From NCBI GenBank assembly GCA_963674865.2, contig CAXXYE010000004.1:320001-384000 (forward strand): a stretch of DNA of 64,000 nucleotides. The letters are read 5' to 3'. A program made the position numbers and the translations under genes. Positions 58,135 through 64,000 of this stretch are shown here, one piece after another (position 1 is the stretch's first letter; each line of letters begins with the position of its first letter). Below the pieces are notes generated by a model, which worked only from the letters and a program-made list of their open reading frames with translations, was not told the origin of the DNA and made no database searches. This DNA comes from Candidatus Hydrogenedentota bacterium. Its GTDB lineage: Bacteria > Hydrogenedentota > Hydrogenedentia > Hydrogenedentales > SLHB01.

Positions 58135-60552
58135 ATGGCAAGAGCACGACGCGCACGGCGGCGTCTTCCCCTCTACGTCATCCCCATCTTGCTTGGGGTA
58201 AGCGGCATCTTCTTATCCCGCCAACTGAGCAACATGCTGGCGCAGAGCGTGATGCTTCTCTTCTCGGTGGCCGTGCCATTCTTCTTCTGCGGGCATCTGT
58301 TGGCCCGGTTTCATGGATCCCGGCGCGAAAGGCTCTTTCTGGTAATCGGCGTAGTGCTTCTCGCGATTGGCGCGGCGGTAACGGTTTCGGGACTCTCCGA
58401 CCAGCTGATGGCGCAACAGGAAATCCCAGAGGCTATCGGACAACTCTCCCGCGTACTCGGATTTGTCAGTCTTCTTGCCGGCCTACTCGCCACGCTTCTC
58501 TCCGTCGCGCGCACGGGCGAGGCCATTCAGGAGATCGCCGGCCGCTTTGAACACCTCGCCCACCAGATGAGTGAGGGCTTCATTATCACGGACCTCAGAG
58601 GAACGGTGGCTTTCGCCAACCGGCGCTTTCTGGAACTCACGGGACTCCAAGACGAGGATATCCTCGGACAGAATGGCGTCGTTGTCGCGCGTGCGCTTGG
58701 CATCGATCATTCTGTCATGTGGGCGCCCGACAAGAACCAGGGAACCAACTTGGGAGGCGAGGTATCGCTGTCGGTCGGAGGAGAGGAGCGCTATCTTTCC
58801 GTCAACGTGAACCCGATTCTGGATCAGCGAGGCCAGCTTGCCGGCTCACTCACTACGCTTCGAGATGTCACGTTTCAACGCCGGCTTTCGAAGCGGCTGG
58901 AGCGATATGCCGCCGATTTGGAAGAACTGGTTGAGCATCGCACCCGCAAACTTCAGGACTCCGAAGAGCGGTTGCGCCAGCTGCTCGTTAACATGAATGA
59001 GGGATTCCTTACGCTTGATGCCGCGTATCGAGTCCGGTTCGTGAATGACCGCATGTGCGATATGCTTTTGATACCGCGGGAACAGTTGCTGAAGCGATGT
59101 GTTTTCGAGCTTATCGCCGCCGATGATCAGGCTACGCTTCGCGATCTTTTGGATAGGGCCGAACCTATCCGGAACACCCTTATGCGGCAAGAACTTGCCT
59201 TCCAGCGTCTTGACGGCGTCACGGTGGATGTCGTGGTGGCGGTTGCCCCCGTGCGCGAGGAGGAGGAGGAGAAGGCGCGCTATTCTCTCGTGATCACCGA
59301 TGTTACCGAGCTGAAACAGATGCATCACCAGTTGGAGGCGCGGGCCGCCGAACTGGAGGCGGTCAACGAGGAGCTTCGCGCGCACGGGCGGGCGAAGGAT
59401 AGCTTCCTCTCCAATGTCAGCCACGAGCTGCGCACACCCCTCAGTACGATCAACGGCTACCTCGAGATGCTTAAGTCCGGAGGCCTTGGCCAGGTCGAGG
59501 CATCGCAGCGCAACGCCCTGGATGTCATGGAGCGGAACGCGAATCGCCTGATGACACTCATCGACGAGATGATCGAAGTGAGCCGGATGGAGATCCGCGG
59601 CGTGCGGGTCCAGCCAAGGCTCTTCGAGGTGGGGCCGCTCGTCCAGGAGATCGTGAGCTCGGCGCAGCCGCAGATTCTCGCCAAGGACCTCAACATCAGC
59701 GTTCATGTACCGGGTGGACTGGCGCCGGTGTGGGGAGACCGCAAGGGAATCGGGCAGGTACTGGGCATTCTGCTGTCGAACGCGGCGAAGTTCACGGAGC
59801 ATGAAGGCACCATCCGGATCGCTGCCGCTGAGCGAGAGAACAACACCTTGGCGCTCGTCGTCAACGATAGTGGCATCGGGATCGATGCCCCCTACCATGA
59901 ACGTGTTTTCGATCGCTTCTTCCAAGTTGACAGCTCGTGGGCCCGCCATTACGACGGCGCCGGCATCGGCTTGGCGATTGCAAAAGGGATTATCGATGCC
60001 CACGGCGGGACGATTGAACTTGAAAGCGCTCTTGGAAGGGGCAGTACGTTCACGATCATCTTGCCCGGCGCTTTGTTCAACGAAGATCGAAACGCCGGCG
60101 ACGGCTTGGGCTCGTTGAACGTACTCGTGCTTGAGGATACATCGGAGTTTCGTGAGGCCCTCCGTAGCGCCCTCGCCGCAGCGGGATGTACCGTTCGCAC
60201 GGCCCGTGACTACTACGAATGTTTGCGGCTTTTCCGGCAAGGGGAACCGGATCTTATCTTGGTAGACGACTCAATGCAGGGCAGCGGCGCCGAGAGACTG
60301 CTCACGGCATTGGCCGATGAAGCGAAGACGAGCAGGATAGTGCTATTGGCTCAACGGAGAGAGGACGGCCAAGAGGCCGAGCAAGAGTTGCCGGCCAAAG
60401 TCTCCGTTTTGCGAAAGCCTTTTACCGTGCGTGAGCTCGTGGCGAACATCTCCCGGCAATGCGAGGCCGACGACGTCACTGGGAGCGCGCAGGAGACGGG
60501 GGGAGGAGCGCCTGTTATCCGCCGCGACGGCGATAAAGGCGAGGTGTCCTGA
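58135..60552 (+). CDS. Membrane PAS-PAS hybrid sensor histidine kinase
   Basis: 4 TM helices, two PAS regions, SHELRTPL, NAAKFT, DSGIGI and GAGIGL motifs; C-terminal receiver. Confidence 0.92.
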   Translation: MARARRARRRLPLYVIPILLGVSGIFLSRQLSNMLAQSVMLLFSVAVPFFFCGHLLARFHGSRRERLFLVIGVVLLAIGAAVTVSGLSDQLMAQQEIPEAIGQLSRVLGFVSLLAGLLATLLSVARTGEAIQEIAGRFEHLAHQMSEGFIITDLRGTVAFANRRFLELTGLQDEDILGQNGVVVARALGIDHSVMWAPDKNQGTNLGGEVSLSVGGEERYLSVNVNPILDQRGQLAGSLTTLRDVTFQRRLSKRLERYAADLEELVEHRTRKLQDSEERLRQLLVNMNEGFLTLDAAYRVRFVNDRMCDMLLIPREQLLKRCVFELIAADDQATLRDLLDRAEPIRNTLMRQELAFQRLDGVTVDVVVAVAPVREEEEEKARYSLVITDVTELKQMHHQLEARAAELEAVNEELRAHGRAKDSFLSNVSHELRTPLSTINGYLEMLKSGGLGQVEASQRNALDVMERNANRLMTLIDEMIEVSRMEIRGVRVQPRLFEVGPLVQEIVSSAQPQILAKDLNISVHVPGGLAPVWGDRKGIGQVLGILLSNAAKFTEHEGTIRIAAAERENNTLALVVNDSGIGIDAPYHERVFDRFFQVDSSWARHYDGAGIGLAIAKGIIDAHGGTIELESALGRGSTFTIILPGALFNEDRNAGDGLGSLNVLVLEDTSEFREALRSALAAAGCTVRTARDYYECLRLFRQGEPDLILVDDSMQGSGAERLLTALADEAKTSRIVLLAQRREDGQEAEQELPAKVSVLRKPFTVRELVANISRQCEADDVTGSAQETGGGAPVIRRDGDKGEVS

Positions 60553-60599
60553 GACGGGCCACGCCAATCAAGGTGAAGGCAAACTGGAAAGGGAAGTAA

Positions 60600-61856
60600 G
60601 TGAGGCGGCCGTTGGGCATTTGTTTGGTTGTTGTGTTGTGTTTTACGGCCGTGGGCGCGGGCCAAGCGTACGCAGGCGAGAAGTCCCGCATGGAGCCCAG
60701 CGTCATGTGCATCGAGGCCCAGACGGGCCTGGTCCTCGCGGAAGAGAACCCTGACGCCCCTCGTCCACCCGCCAGTATGGTGAAGATGATGCTCATGCTT
60801 CTCGTGGCGGAGGGCCTGGCCGACAACCGCTGGACCCTCGATACGCCGGTCGAGGCTACACAGCACGCTCAGAGCATGGGGGGAACTCAGGTATTTCTCG
60901 CGAAGGGGGAGGTCGTTCCTTTAGGACAGCTCATGCGGGCGGTGGCAGTTGCTTCGGCAAACGACGCCGCCATGGCGGTTGCCGAGGGACTCTGGGGCGA
61001 TGAGGCATCCTACCTCACTCGCATGAATAAGCGCGCGGCCGAACTCGGTATGGTGAATTCGGAGTTTCACAGCGTTCATGGCCTGCCTCCCGACCCTTCC
61101 GAAAAACCTGATCGTACCACGGCAAGGGATATGGCTATTCTTGCTCAACAGTGCGTCAAGCACCCGATCATCCTCGAATGGACCGCGCAGAAAGAATTTG
61201 TCTTTCGCCCGGGCGAGAGTATCAAGCACAACACGAACAAGCTGCTGTGGCGTATGGAAGAATGCGACGGACTGAAGACCGGTTATATCAATGCCGCGGG
61301 ATTCTGCCTTACCGCAACGGCTCGGCGGAAGGATATCCGCGTGATAACGGTTTTGATGGGATTTGACCACTCGAACAACCGGTTCAAGCGGGCGAAAGCG
61401 CTTATCGAAGAAGGCTTTGCCGAGGTACGAAGGGTGCCTGCCGTTACCAAAGGGCAGATTCTCACGAGGGATGTCCCTGTGGGCAACTGCGAGACGACGC
61501 GTACCTCTCTAATCGCTCGGGAAGATGTATGGGTGACTGTGAAGGCGGCAGACGTCAAGCGTATCGAGGTGGTCTTGGGCAAGGCGCCCACACTTGAAGC
61601 GCCCGTCGCTGCCGGCGCGCTTCTTCACAAAGGGCAGATCCGGCTGGACGGCGAGGTGCTGGCTACCGTATCCGTTACCGTACCGAGCGATCTTGAAGCT
61701 GCTGGATGGGGGGTGGAGGCTGAAGCAGAGCGTGGGGCGGCTTTTCTCTCAGGGAAAAGCGCAAGTCACAGGCACGACCTCCGCGGCCTGACTCACCAAC
61801 GTGTTATCCGGCGGATTTCAGTGTCTGAATCGCCTCGAAATACGACGGGCTCCTGA
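60600..61856 (+). CDS. dacA: D-alanyl-D-alanine carboxypeptidase (peptidase S11); C-terminus possibly frameshifted
   Basis: PASMVK (SxxK), SAN (SxN) and KTG motifs; signal peptide. Confidence 0.88.
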   Translation: MRRPLGICLVVVLCFTAVGAGQAYAGEKSRMEPSVMCIEAQTGLVLAEENPDAPRPPASMVKMMLMLLVAEGLADNRWTLDTPVEATQHAQSMGGTQVFLAKGEVVPLGQLMRAVAVASANDAAMAVAEGLWGDEASYLTRMNKRAAELGMVNSEFHSVHGLPPDPSEKPDRTTARDMAILAQQCVKHPIILEWTAQKEFVFRPGESIKHNTNKLLWRMEECDGLKTGYINAAGFCLTATARRKDIRVITVLMGFDHSNNRFKRAKALIEEGFAEVRRVPAVTKGQILTRDVPVGNCETTRTSLIAREDVWVTVKAADVKRIEVVLGKAPTLEAPVAAGALLHKGQIRLDGEVLATVSVTVPSDLEAAGWGVEAEAERGAAFLSGKSASHRHDLRGLTHQRVIRRISVSESPRNTTGS

Positions 61857-62448
61857 AGACATACGAACCCGCCACCAGCACGTTGGCTCCCGCGCGTATG
61901 ACCTCCGGCGCCGTGCGCGCGTCGATGCCGCCGTCGACCTCCAAGTCGCGGTCGCCGAGCATGGCGCGCATCAGTTCGATCTTCCGCAGCATCTCGGGGA
62001 TAAAGGCTTGGCCACCGAATCCCGGATTCACCGTCATCAGCAACACCATGTCCACGTAGTCAACGAGATACTCGATGTCGTCCTGAGAAGTACCGGGATT
62101 CAGCACAAGGCCCGCCCGGCAGCCGAGGTCCTTGATCTTCATGAGAATCCGATGCGGATGAAACGCCGCCTCCGCGTGAAACGTGATAATATCTGCTCCA
62201 GCCTCGGCGAAATCCGCTACATACTGATCCGGATCCGTAATCATGAGATGCACGTCCATCGGCACACTGCAATGCTCACGCAAGGCGGCGACCACCGGTG
62301 GGCCGATGGTGAGATTCGGCGCAAAGTGGCCGTCCATTATATCCAGATGAATCATGTCCGCCCCGGCCTCTACCACGGCGCGAATCTCTTCGCCAAGCCG
62401 GCTGAAATCACTCGCAAGCAGTGACGGGGCAACCTTGATGTCAGGCAC
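61804..62448 (-). CDS. rpe: Ribulose-phosphate 3-epimerase
   Basis: APSLLASDF, HLDIMDGHF, MTVNPGFGGQ and EVDGG motifs. Confidence 0.96.
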   Translation of the reverse strand: MPDIKVAPSLLASDFSRLGEEIRAVVEAGADMIHLDIMDGHFAPNLTIGPPVVAALREHCSVPMDVHLMITDPDQYVADFAEAGADIITFHAEAAFHPHRILMKIKDLGCRAGLVLNPGTSQDDIEYLVDYVDMVLLMTVNPGFGGQAFIPEMLRKIELMRAMLGDRDLEVDGGIDARTAPEVIRAGANVLVAGSYVFRSPSYFEAIQTLKSAG

Positions 62449-63613
62449 TATCCACTCCTCCTGATGGTAAACGGTGATCGGTGATGACGGGGTCCGCCGT
62501 TCCCTGGTAGTAATACGAAACGGCTTTTTCTCCGTCCAGGTAGACCTCTACGGTGACCTCCTCAAGGAAAGACAGATCCACCGTGATCTTTGTTCCCGAT
62601 GGATATTTCGGCGGCGCGCCGTTAACGAAGTCCTGCGGCAGAGGAAATAGCGTGCTCCTGCGACCATCCTTGTCGATGGCTACCATCCTCACCTCGCGGT
62701 CGTACCACGAGAACGGCACCTTGTACACAACCTTGACCTTGCGCTCCGTTGCGGCAGGGCGCGTCGCGACCGACATGCGCACATCGAATATCACTTGCTG
62801 GCCCTGGCGGACGAGCGTCCCCGGCGCCGGTTCCTGGGCCAGTACGATGTCATAAGCCGCCCCCGGCGCGTCTACCGGATTCGCGATCGCCTCCAGGCCC
62901 AATCCGGCCGCCACCTGCATGACTTCTTGCAGCGGCTTGCCCGCCCAGTCCGGCATAAGTGAGGCTCGGGAACCGAGGCCGTTGCTGACGAGAAGATGGA
63001 TCTCCGCACCGCGGCTCACATCCCTTCCGGGCGCCGGATCCTGGCCGATCACAGTGTCGGGCCGTGTTGCGTGGGCTATCCGCGCGTGCGTTCCTACGCG
63101 AAAATGACCTTCCTCAATGAGGTTGCGCGCCTCTTCAAGCGTCTTGTTGACAAGGTCCGGGGCCGGGACGTGAACCGTTCCCTTGCTGATAGTTGGGATG
63201 ATTTTTCTTCCCGCGCGCACCACGACTCCCGCGGTAGGGCGTTGCGCTATGACGTAGTGCTGCGGCATGTCATCGCTTACGATCTGTACGGCGCTCCGCA
63301 GGTCGAGGTCCAGGCCCTTCTCGATCAGGATGTCCGAGGCGTCAGTGATGTGGTATCCGACGACGTTGGGCACCGTTACGTATTCGCCTCCAGCCACCGC
63401 TTGGTTGAAGACGTAGTATCCCGCTCCCGCCATCACTGCCAGGAAGAAGATCGTTGCGAAGGTCCAGCGTACGCTCCACCACAGGAAATGGAATACGAAC
63501 AGGATAAAGCCTAGGACGCCTTCCGCAATCGCATCAAGAAGAAGCCGTCCAAACCCTCTTCGAGCGGGAGTGTTCGATACTGTCCCGGGCCGATTCTCCA
63601 CCGACTTAGCCAT
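62441..63613 (-). CDS. Membrane-anchored protein with three PASTA domains and no kinase domain; start uncertain
   Basis: VPNVVG...IAQRP, APDLVN...IGQDP and MPDWAG...LAQEP repeats. Confidence 0.85.
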   Translation of the reverse strand: MAKSVENRPGTVSNTPARRGFGRLLLDAIAEGVLGFILFVFHFLWWSVRWTFATIFFLAVMAGAGYYVFNQAVAGGEYVTVPNVVGYHITDASDILIEKGLDLDLRSAVQIVSDDMPQHYVIAQRPTAGVVVRAGRKIIPTISKGTVHVPAPDLVNKTLEEARNLIEEGHFRVGTHARIAHATRPDTVIGQDPAPGRDVSRGAEIHLLVSNGLGSRASLMPDWAGKPLQEVMQVAAGLGLEAIANPVDAPGAAYDIVLAQEPAPGTLVRQGQQVIFDVRMSVATRPAATERKVKVVYKVPFSWYDREVRMVAIDKDGRRSTLFPLPQDFVNGAPPKYPSGTKITVDLSFLEEVTVEVYLDGEKAVSYYYQGTADPVITDHRLPSGGVDSA

Positions 63614-64000
63614 TCCGGTCCATCTTCAAAGGCGACCTCATTTCCTTTCAGTGCCTGCTCCGCCACAGCCTCTGTTTCTTCCGGGGAGAACGTGCAGACT
63701 GAGTACACGATAAGGCCCCCATTCTTGCAGAGCGCAATGCCTGACCGCAAGAGTGCGACCTGCAAACCGGCGAGCTTCTCAAAATCCTCAGGTTGCACGC
63801 GCCACTTTAAGTCGGGGTGCCTGCGCATCGTGCCCAGCCCCGTGCACGGGGGATCCACGAGCACCTTGTCGAAAGCTGCTCCAAAGGGCGGACGCGTGCC
63901 ATCGCCGCACACTCCTCGAACGTTCGACAGGCCAAGCCGGAAGGCGTTCTCCGCGAGCAGAGCCAGCCTGCCGCAATGGGAATCCATCGCCACCACGTCC
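63511..64000 (-). CDS. rsmB: 16S rRNA m5C967 methyltransferase RsmB, C-terminal part (5' end beyond the window)
   Basis: FDKVLVDPPCTGLG, RRHPD, VYSVCT and DGFF motifs. Confidence 0.9.
   Translation of the reverse strand, partial: DVVAMDSHCGRLALLAENAFRLGLSNVRGVCGDGTRPPFGAAFDKVLVDPPCTGLGTMRRHPDLKWRVQPEDFEKLAGLQVALLRSGIALCKNGGLIVYSVCTFSPEETEAVAEQALKGNEVAFEDGPEWLSRWRIGPGQYRTLPLEEGLDGFFLMRLRKAS

Overview
GC-rich bacterial chromosomal window with about 55 CDS. I recognised no rRNA, tRNA, CRISPR array or transposase. Gene content resembles a polysaccharide-degrading anaerobe such as a Hydrogenedentota/PVC-like lineage (inference only). Housekeeping genes: gatCAB-rsfS, pckG, typA, xth, rnhA, a dacA-like gene, rpe and partial rsmB. 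These are interspersed with carbohydrate genes (FG-GAP propellers, Gfo/Idh/MocA oxidoreductases, sulfatase, GH28-like protein, DegT aminotransferase, an SBP-permease fusion) and a sigma54-driven DUF89/NifX-like/double MinD-ferredoxin operon. Two features stand out. (1) At 41.5-44.0 kb a GxxExxY (PD-(D/E)xK-type) gene sits in one slot of a regular array of four 36-nt inverted-repeat doublets, with ~338-bp non-coding units in the other slots and mrr downstream; this looks like a REPIN/cassette-like system. (2) At 17.7-18.2 kb two unannotated paralogous 48- and 58-aa peptide genes have their own promoter, RBSs and terminator. All calls come from reading motifs by eye; no searches were run.
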